Of a stretch of 64,000 bases of DNA, positions 46,908 to 56,291 are shown in pieces. The notes beneath the pieces were generated by a model. It worked only from the letters and a program-made list of their open reading frames with translations, had not been told where the DNA came from and did no database searches. Position 1 is the stretch's first letter; every line of letters begins with the position of its first letter. This DNA comes from a virus. The stretch is from positions 32,876 to 96,875 of the IMG/VR virus record IMGVR_UViG_3300017605_001488. The stretch is one strand, 5' to 3'. A program made the position numbers and the translations under genes.

Positions 46908-49127
46908 TCAGGCAGCGAGCGACCGCGTGTCCTGGGTGAAGTTGAGGATGCCCCATTGCACCGGCTTCTGGGTGGCGAGGCCGATGCGTCCGATGAGCTT
47001 GCCAGCGAACGCGACCGCGGGCGGGTTGAGCCCGGCACCGAAGTCGACGAAGAACGCCGTCGACGGGTCCTTCGTGCGGAACGCGCCTTTCTTCATCTCG
47101 ACGGTCAGGAAGTTGGTGACCGTACGGGCCACCTCGGCGCGCAACGTTTCGTCGTTGTTGCGGTGCCGCGCGAATTGCAGGCCGTCCTTGACCGACTGCT
47201 CGATGAAGATGACACCGCGACGTTCCGACACCGACGGGAAGTTGCCCGTGGTCTTGAGCGTGTGGTGCCCGTCGATGTACCGCGGCTGCCCGCGGTCGGT
47301 GTGGATGACGTTGATGAGTTTCGGGTCGAGGATGTCGCGCACCGATTCGTCGTTGACCTCGTCGGTCTCGAATCCGAGACAACCGAGAATCTTGCCGAAC
47401 TCGATGCCGGCGGGCGCCTGATAGATACCGCCCTCCTTCGCATCGTTGCGCGCCATGACGCCGCACACGTACCCGCTCGGTGCGACGGTGATGGTCGACG
47501 CCGTGCCGAACACCGCGGTGGAGGGGTTGTTCACCTTGATTCGCGGATAGTAGATCGCCGCGAACTCCGACAGCTCCTTGATGGCAGCAGTCGATTCGAC
47601 GTACGTGACCATGCCGGTCGGCGACGTGGATGCGGGCGGATCGAGCACCGCGAACACCGCACCGTTCCGCGTGACCTCGCAGTACGAAATCATGGCGTTG
47701 TGCACGGCGCTGGTTGCACGACCCGGGATCGCGAGGAGCGAGAGCTCCTGCACGAGATCGAACGCACGCATCCCTGTGCGGCCGTTCGTACCGGTTGCAC
47801 CGATGTAGTCGGTGTCGACGATACCCGCGAGCCCGTCGTTGCCGCCAGTGAGTGCAGCGTTGGTGTTCGCCGGCCGGTCGCCCGGCGCGGGCACGGCCGC
47901 CGCCAGGTCGGTGACGGTGATGAGGTCCGAACCGTTGTTCGCGTCGTTGATGATCGTCGGGGCGTACCGCGTGTCGGTGTCGTCCATCGACAGGTTGGGC
48001 CACGTCTCGACGGTGATGCCGGACTTGACCACGCGGAGGTTGAACCGCGCGGCTTCGCCGCTGGTCGCCGCCTCGATGTACGCGGTGAGCGCGTTGCCGT
48101 ACGTGCCGTCGGTCTTGCCGTCGACCTTGAGCGTGTTGACCGGCGTACCGGCCAGGCCCAAGTGCGTCGCATTGTCGAACCCGACCGCGACGGCGGTGGA
48201 GGTGCCCTTCACGAGCACCGACGATGCCGCACCTGTCGTGCTCGACGTGATGCGCGGCTTCCCGCCGACGACGGTGGACGTGCCGCCGACGATCGGCACC
48301 GCCGTGATGACGGAGGCGACTTCGGTGGCGGTGACGGCGTCGATGTTGGCGACGTTGCCCGTGCCCGATCCGACACCGCCGGGGAACGACAGCGCCGCGT
48401 TCGCCGATCCGCCGGTCACTTCTACCGACGATGCGGTGCCGCGCTTGTCCGATTGGATGCGCACCTGGCCCGCGTTCACGTCGACGAGCGCGCCGACGAG
48501 CTGGCCCGCGATGACCGCGGCGACCTCGAGCGCGGTGGCGTTCGTGATGTCGACGAAGTTGCCGGTGTGGAACGTGACGGTCTGCACACCACCACCGTCG
48601 ATCTTGATGGTGAGCGTCTGCGCGTCGGCCAGCGTCTTCGGCCACGGGTCGCCACCGTCGGCGGAGCTCTTGGTGCCTCGCGTCGCGAGGAACGTGGCGG
48701 TGAGGTCGCCACCACCATCGATCGCGTACACGAGCGTCTGACCTGGCTCGAGGTCGTACGGGCCGACTGCACCTTCCGAATATCCGGAGGTCGCGGCGGC
48801 TGCGGAGGTCGCGAATGTGTGCGTGGCGGCGGCGCTCGTCTTCGTGGTCGGGTCCGTCGCGTCGGTGTAGTGCACCGTGCGGGACACGTACGCGAGCACG
48901 CCACCCTCGGAGAAGTAACCGTCGAGCGCTTGAATCAGCTCTCCGTTGACGGTGTAGCCGCCGTACAGCTTCCGGTACGTGTCGGCGGTGACGAGCGTGC
49001 CGCCGAACGGCCCGCGCTCCGTGATGCCGACGAAACCCGGGATCGCGGTGGGGACGCCCGTGATCTGTCGAACGGCGGGCGCCTCTTCCTGCACCACCAA
49101 CTTCGACGAAAGGAGCTGCTGCGTCAT
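46908..49127 (-). CDS. tail sheath protein
   Basis: FVG.TERGP, YF.EGG...YVSR, LTGGNDG, YYPRI, PSG...G..AR.D, APAG, V.ERR, F.....N. Confidence 0.95.
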   Translation of the reverse strand: MTQQLLSSKLVVQEEAPAVRQITGVPTAIPGFVGITERGPFGGTLVTADTYRKLYGGYTVNGELIQALDGYFSEGGVLAYVSRTVHYTDATDPTTKTSAAATHTFATSAAAATSGYSEGAVGPYDLEPGQTLVYAIDGGGDLTATFLATRGTKSSADGGDPWPKTLADAQTLTIKIDGGGVQTVTFHTGNFVDITNATALEVAAVIAGQLVGALVDVNAGQVRIQSDKRGTASSVEVTGGSANAALSFPGGVGSGTGNVANIDAVTATEVASVITAVPIVGGTSTVVGGKPRITSSTTGAASSVLVKGTSTAVAVGFDNATHLGLAGTPVNTLKVDGKTDGTYGNALTAYIEAATSGEAARFNLRVVKSGITVETWPNLSMDDTDTRYAPTIINDANNGSDLITVTDLAAAVPAPGDRPANTNAALTGGNDGLAGIVDTDYIGATGTNGRTGMRAFDLVQELSLLAIPGRATSAVHNAMISYCEVTRNGAVFAVLDPPASTSPTGMVTYVESTAAIKELSEFAAIYYPRIKVNNPSTAVFGTASTITVAPSGYVCGVMARNDAKEGGIYQAPAGIEFGKILGCLGFETDEVNDESVRDILDPKLINVIHTDRGQPRYIDGHHTLKTTGNFPSVSERRGVIFIEQSVKDGLQFARHRNNDETLRAEVARTVTNFLTVEMKKGAFRTKDPSTAFFVDFGAGLNPPAVAFAGKLIGRIGLATQKPVQWGILNFTQDTRSLAA

Positions 49128-49165
49128 GGTCTGCTACCTCTCCAGGTGCCGGACGTTCCGGCTCG

Positions 49166-49489
49166 TTAGTCGATCTCGATCACGTGCTCGGCGGGTTCCT
49201 CGACCTTGCCGGGCAAACGTAGCACGGACATGAGCCCGTGCGCGACACGGAATCGAATCTGCGGGACATCGGCCACCGCGTCCGGGAGCGGTTCGCTCTC
49301 CGCGCCACCCAACCACGTGATGGACGTGGGCACACGCTTCTCGATGTGGCGGGTGCCGGCTTTGCCGTCGATTTCCGCCGGCAGCGTGAACTTCAGATCG
49401 ACCGGTTTGCACGCGGCGTGGTCACCGTAGTCCTTGTTTTCGAGGTTCAGGACGAAGATGGTGCGCTCGAGGTTCTTGATGATGACCAT
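49166..49489 (-). CDS. hypothetical protein upstream of sheath
   Basis: AGGAG RBS; operon context. Confidence 0.65.
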   Translation of the reverse strand: MVIIKNLERTIFVLNLENKDYGDHAACKPVDLKFTLPAEIDGKAGTRHIEKRVPTSITWLGGAESEPLPDAVADVPQIRFRVAHGLMSVLRLPGKVEEPAEHVIEID

Positions 49490-49501
49490 GCCGGTATTCT
49501 C

Positions 49502-50575
49502 CTACTCCAGCTGCTCAAAGTCGATGCCCCCGGCGGGTGGGGGTTGATCGAACGCGGTTTGGCCACCCTGCCCGATGGGCCCGGTGGGGGTACTGCCGAC
49601 GATGACCGCGGAGGGAACCACGGCCGCCAGGTCCGCGCCAGTCTGGACATAGTCGGCGAGCTTTTTCCCCTTGAGGATCGCCATGTCGGCATCGTCCAGG
49701 TCGACGCCGCGGATGATGAACGTGCCTGAGAATTGGCGCACGTTGTCCTCGTTCGGGCGGCTCGTGACGGCGGGCACGCCGGTGAACGGCATCTCCATCT
49801 CGTACGAAACGGTGCCCTTGGTCGCATCGTGTTCGTCGGCGGCCATCGTGAGCTCGATGTTGCGCGTGAAGTACCGCGTGGCCTCGCTCATCAACGCAAG
49901 GAGCTCGAACGTCGATTCGCTGCCGCCAAGAATCTCGAACTCGAGATCCACCGTCGTCGGCGGACGGAGCTCGAGGAATCCTTGCCCGCTCGCATCGGAC
50001 GTGTCGGGAACACGACGCGCCTCGTTCGTTGCGTAGATGCGGTTGGTGTTGAACTTCGGTCCGATGAGCACGAGCGCGGGCAGCTTCGCGAAGTCGATCC
50101 GATTGGTAGCATCCGCCGGTGTCTCGTCGAAGTCGGTGTGGATGGTCAACGACGTGTTCGCGAGCACTTGCCGCTTGAGGTCCTGCAACAACGTACGCAC
50201 CAACCGCACGAGCGTTCCTTCGATGGACAGGTCGGGCAGCTTGAACGTGTACGCGGTCGGCTTCGTCGCGGTTTCCGATCCGATGAGCACGCCGTTCTGA
50301 TCGATGTTTTCGACCTTGATGGCGACGACCTCGGGATCGGCCGCGGGCGCCTCGACGAACATGCGCGACGTGCTGACGACGTACACGCGCCGCGCAACGA
50401 CGGTGCGCACCGATCCGATGAACGACACACGCACGCTCGGATTTGGCGGCGTGGATGGCCCGGTTGCCGGCGGCACCGGCGGGAGTCGGAAGTTGGTGCC
50501 GACGATCGTGATGATGTACCGCCCACCCGACGCGCCGCTCGTCGGCGACACCGATGCAATGGTGGGGGTGGCCAT
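49502..50575 (-). CDS. tail terminator-like protein with N-terminal IPT/TIG domain
   Basis: PTIASVSP.SG.SGG...ITI.GTNF (IPT); position before sheath; P..VDL.F.I. Confidence 0.7.
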   Translation of the reverse strand: MATPTIASVSPTSGASGGRYIITIVGTNFRLPPVPPATGPSTPPNPSVRVSFIGSVRTVVARRVYVVSTSRMFVEAPAADPEVVAIKVENIDQNGVLIGSETATKPTAYTFKLPDLSIEGTLVRLVRTLLQDLKRQVLANTSLTIHTDFDETPADATNRIDFAKLPALVLIGPKFNTNRIYATNEARRVPDTSDASGQGFLELRPPTTVDLEFEILGGSESTFELLALMSEATRYFTRNIELTMAADEHDATKGTVSYEMEMPFTGVPAVTSRPNEDNVRQFSGTFIIRGVDLDDADMAILKGKKLADYVQTGADLAAVVPSAVIVGSTPTGPIGQGGQTAFDQPPPAGGIDFEQLE

Positions 50576-50589
50576 GTTCGGAGACTACC

Positions 50590-51249
50590 TCACGTCGAGC
50601 CCAGCTGCCCATGGAGCAGGCGCCCGACATCCGCCATGATCCGTTCGGGCGTCGTCGGGGTCCATTGACGGAACACCGGGCCAACGAACGGGCGCGGCGG
50701 GATGTGCACGGTGATGTACCCGGTGCTGTGACTGCCGCCGCCGCCATGCGTGTCGATGCCCGCGGCGGGAAACAACACGCCGAACAGGTACTTCCTCATC
50801 TTGTCGGTCATCTTCACGATGAAGTCGCGGCCGTTCTCGTGGATGTCGCCGAGGTTCGCGAGGTTCGATCCCGCACCCGCGGTGAATCGTCCACCGGCTC
50901 CGCGGCCCTGTCCGCCCTTCCGACGCGCAGTTCGCAGGATGCCGATGAACTTGGTGAGCGACGTGGGGGAGTTCGGGTGCACGGTGACGGCACCGGCCAG
51001 CGCGCCCGACACGTTGAGCGGTTTCGATCCACCGAATCCCGCGAGCGCGCGTGCGGCCATCGTCAGACGGGAGAGCGGTTGGAAGTCACCGCTGTGCAGC
51101 TTCTCCACAATCTTGCCCGCGAGGAACAGCCCCTCGCGATGCAACGCGACCCCGAGCGCGCGCTTGAATGCGCCGCGGCTGACGTTGTTGAACACGGCCC
51201 GCGCCTTGTCCCAATCGCCGGTTAGCTTCACACCAGGGGGCGCGCTCAT
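50590..51249 (-). CDS. neck / virion morphogenesis protein
   Basis: PL...T, KPL..SG.L, IHE.G, IPPRPF. Confidence 0.75.
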   Translation of the reverse strand: MSAPPGVKLTGDWDKARAVFNNVSRGAFKRALGVALHREGLFLAGKIVEKLHSGDFQPLSRLTMAARALAGFGGSKPLNVSGALAGAVTVHPNSPTSLTKFIGILRTARRKGGQGRGAGGRFTAGAGSNLANLGDIHENGRDFIVKMTDKMRKYLFGVLFPAAGIDTHGGGGSHSTGYITVHIPPRPFVGPVFRQWTPTTPERIMADVGRLLHGQLGST

Positions 51250-51758
51250 GCGGGGAGTCCCGCGCTGCGGCAGTCGAAGTACACGAACAGCAGGTTGCGT
51301 TTGCGCCCGATGCCGAACGCGCCCGGCTGCACTTGCGTGACGAACACCGGGTCTTGGATCGTGGCTTGGACGCCGCCGTCTTGGTCGTAGATGGCCGTCA
51401 TGCGGTCACCGATGCGGATCGTGGCATCGCCTTCGGAGTCGACGTATCCGTTGTCCTCGAGCCACGGGAAGTGCATCACCGTGACGATCTTGGTGTCGGG
51501 CGAATCGCCGTTGAAGAACGCCTTGAGCTTGAGCCATTCGCCTTGCTCGATTTGCGCCGGGATGCGAACGGGGTCCTTGTACTTGAGCGCGCTCGTTCCC
51601 GGTCCCGCGCCACTGCCGGGCGGCAGACGCACCGGCTCCTTGAAGTCGACATCGTATCCGCTCGTCAACGGTCCGGCGGCGTCTGGGTCCGCAGACGTGG
51701 CCAGCGTATCGAGCTGTGCGATCTCGACCATGAACGGGAAGATGAGACGGCCACGCAT
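51246..51758 (-). CDS. head closure / head-tail joining protein
   Basis: Position; GYD.DFKEP. Confidence 0.6.
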   Translation of the reverse strand: MRGRLIFPFMVEIAQLDTLATSADPDAAGPLTSGYDVDFKEPVRLPPGSGAGPGTSALKYKDPVRIPAQIEQGEWLKLKAFFNGDSPDTKIVTVMHFPWLEDNGYVDSEGDATIRIGDRMTAIYDQDGGVQATIQDPVFVTQVQPGAFGIGRKRNLLFVYFDCRSAGLPA

Positions 51759-51759
51759 G

Positions 51760-52863
51760 TCACGCCGCCCCCATCGCCGGCGGGCGCACGTACGACTCGA
51801 GGATGGTGTCGATTTCCGGGTCGCCGGTGAATGCGCCGTGCAGCTTCAACGGCTCGAGGTTGTACTGCTGGTCGCGCGTGCGCTCGCTCGTCAACCGCCA
51901 ACGCTTCGTCGCGTCTTCGCGCTTGTCCCATTGCGAGAACTTCGGGAGCTCGCGCAACGTGAGCAGTTGCACCGCCCGACGCAACATGCCGGGCGTCGTG
52001 CCGAACGGTGACCCGTCGAACTCGGTGTACCCCCACACACCGGTCACCGTGACGTTCTGCTGCCCGCGCGGGAAGATGAGCCGCGAGAACGAGAACGGCC
52101 GCACGCCGGCCAGGTCCTCGCTCGCGCTGAACAATTCGATCTTCGGGTCGTTGCGATCGTCGGGGTGAATCTGCCCTTGCAGGTGGCGGTTGTACACGCG
52201 ATAGAAGTCCGGCTCGACGGCGAGGTCGGACGGGAACAGCGGCGACGTTTGGAAGCGCAACGTTTGGACGCCGATGATGGGCATGTCGAACAACGTGACG
52301 CTCGACCCGCGGCCATTCTGTCGAACCTGCATGAACCGCGGCTCGAAGAACCGCCCGGTCACACGTTCGACGAATTGGCTGGCGCGTTGAATGGCGAGCA
52401 TCACGCGCGCGTCGCTGAATTGCGCCGCCGTGATGCCCTCGTCGCGGATGTCGGCGAGCAGGCAGTAGTACGGCGCGATCGTCTGCCCGGCGGTGACGAC
52501 CTCGAATTGCTGGCGCACCTCGACGGTCGGCTGCGTTTGCAGGTCGCCGTTCTCGTCGGGCTGCGGGGGCATCTGATAGAACCATCGAATCTCGTACACG
52601 CCCGGCGGTGCCGAACCGCTCACGGTCCATCCGCTGGCGGTGTACCGACCGGTGCCGAGCTTGTCCGCGCCCGCGATGGCGACCGCTTGTGATGCACCGG
52701 ACGGGAACACCTTGACGGGGGTGAGCTTCTTCGTGTCGTCGCTCAGGTCGTAGATGGCGAACGACAACGCGACGAGGTCGACCATCGTGCCGCGTGCCTG
52801 CGCGTAGAACACGAGCGGCGAAGTGGCCGGGGCAAGCACCGTCGAACGCGCGATGGCGAGCAT
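51760..52863 (-). CDS. head-tail adaptor (gp6/gp15-like) with N-terminal Ig-like domain
   Basis: YC...DIR.EG, I..AS..VE..TGR.F, FPRG.QNV.V.G.WGY. Confidence 0.75.
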   Translation of the reverse strand: MLAIARSTVLAPATSPLVFYAQARGTMVDLVALSFAIYDLSDDTKKLTPVKVFPSGASQAVAIAGADKLGTGRYTASGWTVSGSAPPGVYEIRWFYQMPPQPDENGDLQTQPTVEVRQQFEVVTAGQTIAPYYCLLADIRDEGITAAQFSDARVMLAIQRASQFVERVTGRFFEPRFMQVRQNGRGSSVTLFDMPIIGVQTLRFQTSPLFPSDLAVEPDFYRVYNRHLQGQIHPDDRNDPKIELFSASEDLAGVRPFSFSRLIFPRGQQNVTVTGVWGYTEFDGSPFGTTPGMLRRAVQLLTLRELPKFSQWDKREDATKRWRLTSERTRDQQYNLEPLKLHGAFTGDPEIDTILESYVRPPAMGAA

Positions 52864-52876
52864 GCCCCGGATTGTA

Positions 52877-53194
52877 TCACTTCTTCGTTAGCCGAGCGTG
52901 CTCCCCCGCGAGCACGTACCCGACCTCGTTGGCCTGTTCGACCAACGCGGACAGGACGCCTTGTGGGATCGCCACCTTCGCATCGTCGATCGCCGTGGTT
53001 GCGATCTCGAAGTTGCGCAACAGCGTTCCATCGCGTGCGCCGTCCACCGCGCGCACCACCATCGAATTGACGAGACGCACGCGGAGCTCGGCGACGTACG
53101 TGGCCACCGCGGCATCGATGCGCGCCTGCACATCGGCCTCACGCTTTTTCAGCAGCTCCGTGTCGACGGCGGGTGCCTTCGAACGTCGGCTCAT
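52877..53194 (-). CDS. hypothetical protein
   Basis: ATGA-coupled ORF. Confidence 0.6.
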   Translation of the reverse strand: MSRRSKAPAVDTELLKKREADVQARIDAAVATYVAELRVRLVNSMVVRAVDGARDGTLLRNFEIATTAIDDAKVAIPQGVLSALVEQANEVGYVLAGEHARLTKK

Positions 53195-53877
53195 CCCTCG
53201 CCACCACCTTCACCCTTCGGGGGCTCGGGTGCTTTCGGGGCGGCGGGCGCCTTCGTGGCGGACGTTGCACCCGTGCGGCGGCGGCCGGGGATGCTGATCG
53301 GTGCGGTTGCGGTGGTGGGGGTCGGCGCCGTGGGCGGGGCGGGTTCGGCACCTTCGTCGGCGGCACCACCCTCGACGGCGGTGTCGGGGTCGTCCGGGCT
53401 GACCAACCGGGTCGGACGCTTCGGGGTGGCGCGCTCGACATCGGAGGCCAGGTCGGTCGACTCGAGGTCGTCCTCGCTGCCGGGGAGGTTGTCGGTCGTG
53501 TCCGCGCGGGGCAGGTCACGCGTGGTCAACGTCGATCGCTCGGCAGGGGAAATCGGCTCGCGGGGCGGGCGCACGTCGCCGCGGGCGGTCACGCGATGGA
53601 CGCGGTGGGGGTCGGTCGCTTCGGCGTGCTCACGCTGGCGGCGCTTCTCCGCGGCGTCGGCGGCCAACGCATCCTCGGCCTTGTCGTACACTTCGAATGC
53701 GAGCGGGGACTCGTCGTTCTCGGCGCTTTGGTGAATCGTTTTCAGCACCTTCGCGACCTCGTCGCTCACCTCATACCATCCGGCCTCGACCTTGAAGGTG
53801 ATTCCGAACACCGTGTAGGTGCGCAGCACGAGCCCTTTGCGGACGTTCAACGGACGGAGGCGAGCAATCTTCGACAT
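53191..53877 (-). CDS. hypothetical protein with acidic/Pro-rich tail
   Basis: AAGGAG RBS before MSKIARL. Confidence 0.7.
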   Translation of the reverse strand: MSKIARLRPLNVRKGLVLRTYTVFGITFKVEAGWYEVSDEVAKVLKTIHQSAENDESPLAFEVYDKAEDALAADAAEKRRQREHAEATDPHRVHRVTARGDVRPPREPISPAERSTLTTRDLPRADTTDNLPGSEDDLESTDLASDVERATPKRPTRLVSPDDPDTAVEGGAADEGAEPAPPTAPTPTTATAPISIPGRRRTGATSATKAPAAPKAPEPPKGEGGGEG

Positions 53878-53954
53878 GGGATTCTCCTTCAAACGGAAAG
53901 GGCGCCGAGCTTGGATGCCCGACGCCCTAGCCAGCTTACGCGCGAGAGGTCCGA

Positions 53955-54566
53955 CTATGCGCGACGGATGCCGCGCACGTACACGGTGCACGTGGTGTCG
54001 TGGCCGCCGCCGTTCACCATCGCGATGCGGAGCGTACCGCCCGCGGCGATGGTTGCCTGCGCGTCGTCGATCGTGGCCACACGCGTGATCGTCTTGTCGG
54101 CCTTGTTGATGTCCATCGCATCCGTGATCGCGGTCGCGCCGTTCTTCACGGTGATGGTGTCCGCCGCACCGCCCGCGCCGTTTTCCTTGCGCACCCACAC
54201 GTCGAGGACTTCGGTCTTGTCGGTGAGCACCACGTCGATGTCGGCGGAAACGCCGGTCGGGACGTGAACGGGGTGGATGACCTCGATGCCGCCCAGCACT
54301 TGGCCATCGGCGACGACGGCAAGGTGCCCGCCGTTCACCGACGCGGGTGCCGGGAATCCGGCAACGAGCGCATCAAGTGCGAGTCCCACCGACGCGTAGG
54401 CGCCGCTGTACCCCACGATGTGGGCACCGTTGCCGGCAGTGGTCGCCGACAGCGCATCGATCATCTGCTGGAGGAGCTGCGCGAGCGTCGGGGTGCCGCC
54501 GTTCACCGGCGCAAGGGCCGAGCCCCCGGTGCCGAGGTTCGCGGGGATGGTGGGAAAACCGGCCAT
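53955..54566 (-). CDS. putative capsid decoration / head fibre protein
   Basis: Downstream of MCP; beta-rich C-terminal domain. Confidence 0.6.
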   Translation of the reverse strand: MAGFPTIPANLGTGGSALAPVNGGTPTLAQLLQQMIDALSATTAGNGAHIVGYSGAYASVGLALDALVAGFPAPASVNGGHLAVVADGQVLGGIEVIHPVHVPTGVSADIDVVLTDKTEVLDVWVRKENGAGGAADTITVKNGATAITDAMDINKADKTITRVATIDDAQATIAAGGTLRIAMVNGGGHDTTCTVYVRGIRRA

Positions 54567-54628
54567 GACCTTTAGCCCTCTCGAGATGAACGACTACGTG
54601 TGCGGACGACTAGGTGCGGGTGGTTGAC

Positions 54629-55195
54629 TCAGTGCGAATCGACGATGAGCTCGAAGTTCACGCCGGACAGGTCGGCGGTGCCGTTCTCGGCAGCCGACGA
54701 GATGACCTGCATGAACAGCGCGCCCTTGCGCTCGACGGTGACAGCGGTGCCGGCGGTCGTCTCGTCGACGGAGCCGCCGCCGACGGTCGCCGAGACCTCG
54801 AACACGGACTTGGTCATCCCGGTGGCGATGACGTAGTAACGCGTGCCCGCGACGAGCCCGGCCGGGACGGCGGTGCCGCCGAACTCGACCGCGTCACCGG
54901 CCTTGAAGCCGTGCGCGCTGCCGTCGGACATCGTGAACTTGTTGGTGGCCGGGTCGCAAACGACCGAGCGGGCGGGGAGCGGTGAATTCCACTTGGGCAG
55001 GAAGTCACCGACCTGGCCGGCGGCGCGCACGTCGTCGACCTTCTCGGCGCGACCGACTGCCGCCTGAAACGCCGCTTCGAAGCCGTAGCTCCCGCCGGCC
55101 GTGTAGGCGCTGTCTCCGAGCATGACGATGCGCGTCTTGGTGACGGGACCGACACTGGCGACGCGGTCGAGGACGGTGATTGCTCCGAGGGCCAT
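54629..55195 (-). CDS. putative capsid decoration protein with inserted HGF.AGD..YYV module
   Basis: Immediately after MCP; GD..Y.AGG motif; GGAG RBS. Confidence 0.65.
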   Translation of the reverse strand: MALGAITVLDRVASVGPVTKTRIVMLGDSAYTAGGSYGFEAAFQAAVGRAEKVDDVRAAGQVGDFLPKWNSPLPARSVVCDPATNKFTMSDGSAHGFKAGDAVEFGGTAVPAGLVAGTRYYVIATGMTKSVFEVSATVGGGSVDETTAGTAVTVERKGALFMQVISSAAENGTADLSGVNFELIVDSH

Positions 55196-55260
55196 GGTCT
55201 TTCTCCAGCGGGTGCGAGCCGGGCTCGCGATAGTGACGGTGGTGGTTCCGATGCGAAGGA

Positions 55261-55282
55261 CGCGGGCGCCGAAGCGCCCGCG
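55261..55282 (-). terminator. GC hairpin with UUCG loop just after the major capsid gene
   Basis: CGCGGGCGC-TTCG-GCGCCCGCG on minus strand; weak U-tract. Confidence 0.5.
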
Positions 55283-55288
55283 AATGAA

Positions 55289-56242
55289 TCAGGCGACCTT
55301 GACGTTGATGGCTTTGACGGTCGCGGTCTCCTCGGCGTACTTCATGTCCATACGCAGGGTCGCGACGATGAGGAGCACACCTTCCGAGACGAGCTTGTCC
55401 GTCTCGATGCGGATGTTGCGCCAAATGCCCACGTTGATGTTCTTCGGGTCCGTGAGGATGTGGTCGGTGCAATGCGACCCCGTCCCGATGGTCTCCGGGA
55501 ACAACGGCACGTCGATGATGGGCACGCCCGAGTACGCCGGCGTGGCGTCTTCCTCGAGATACTTGTCGGAGAGCGCGCCGATGCGGTCCGACAACGAATC
55601 GCGGTACTGAATCTCGGAGTTGACCGAGGTGAAGAACCGCAACGACTTCTTGTCGCGCAAGAACTCGTTCGGCATCGACTTGAGCATGTCGCGGAACTGC
55701 GTCTTGTTCGTCGTGGTGTCCGTGCAGTTGACCACGTGCGACGCGGACTGCTTGAGGATGCCGTCGAACTTCGCGAGGAACGGATCGACCGACGTGGTGT
55801 CACCCTGTACGACGACTTCCTCCGTGTCGCGCGCGATGGCTTCCGCCATGAGCTGCATCACGGTCTGCCGGAGCTCGCCGCGCTCGATCGAGTCCTCGAG
55901 CGTTTCGTTGTCCAGGCGGACTTCCGCTTTGAACAGCTGCGCGCTGAGTTGGACCTTCGACAGGTCGGGCTTGGAACGGTCGCCCACCGGCAACGCGGTC
56001 GCCTCGGTTCCGGCGCGGAGCACGCGCGAACCGAAACGAATCTTCTCGATCAGCTGGATCGGCGACCGCATCGGGACGACGGTGGACATGCCCAAGACCT
56101 TGCTGGCCTTGATCATGATCCTCATGAACTTCGCCGCTTGCGCCGGCTGAAGGAGACCGCCGCTGGTCGTGAGGTCCGACAGCGCGAGGTCCGCCTTTGC
56201 GAGGAGCGTGCGGTTGTCGGTGATTCCTGCTGCCTGGGACAT
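55289..56242 (-). CDS. major capsid protein (HK97 fold, XkdG/P2-like)
   Basis: GG.LQPAQA.KF, LEDSIE, FDGILK, MP.EFLR, LTDPKNI..G. Confidence 0.9.
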   Translation of the reverse strand: MSQAAGITDNRTLLAKADLALSDLTTSGGLLQPAQAAKFMRIMIKASKVLGMSTVVPMRSPIQLIEKIRFGSRVLRAGTEATALPVGDRSKPDLSKVQLSAQLFKAEVRLDNETLEDSIERGELRQTVMQLMAEAIARDTEEVVVQGDTTSVDPFLAKFDGILKQSASHVVNCTDTTTNKTQFRDMLKSMPNEFLRDKKSLRFFTSVNSEIQYRDSLSDRIGALSDKYLEEDATPAYSGVPIIDVPLFPETIGTGSHCTDHILTDPKNINVGIWRNIRIETDKLVSEGVLLIVATLRMDMKYAEETATVKAINVKVA

Positions 56243-56291
56243 CGCTGGGTTCTCCTTCTCGCGGGAACGGTGAGCTACTGCTGATATAGCA

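Noticed and set aside
28146-50575. Extracellular contractile injection system (eCIS/tailocin) interpretation
   Set aside because: Portal, head morphogenesis, protease, capsid and a full replication module are present, so this is a phage
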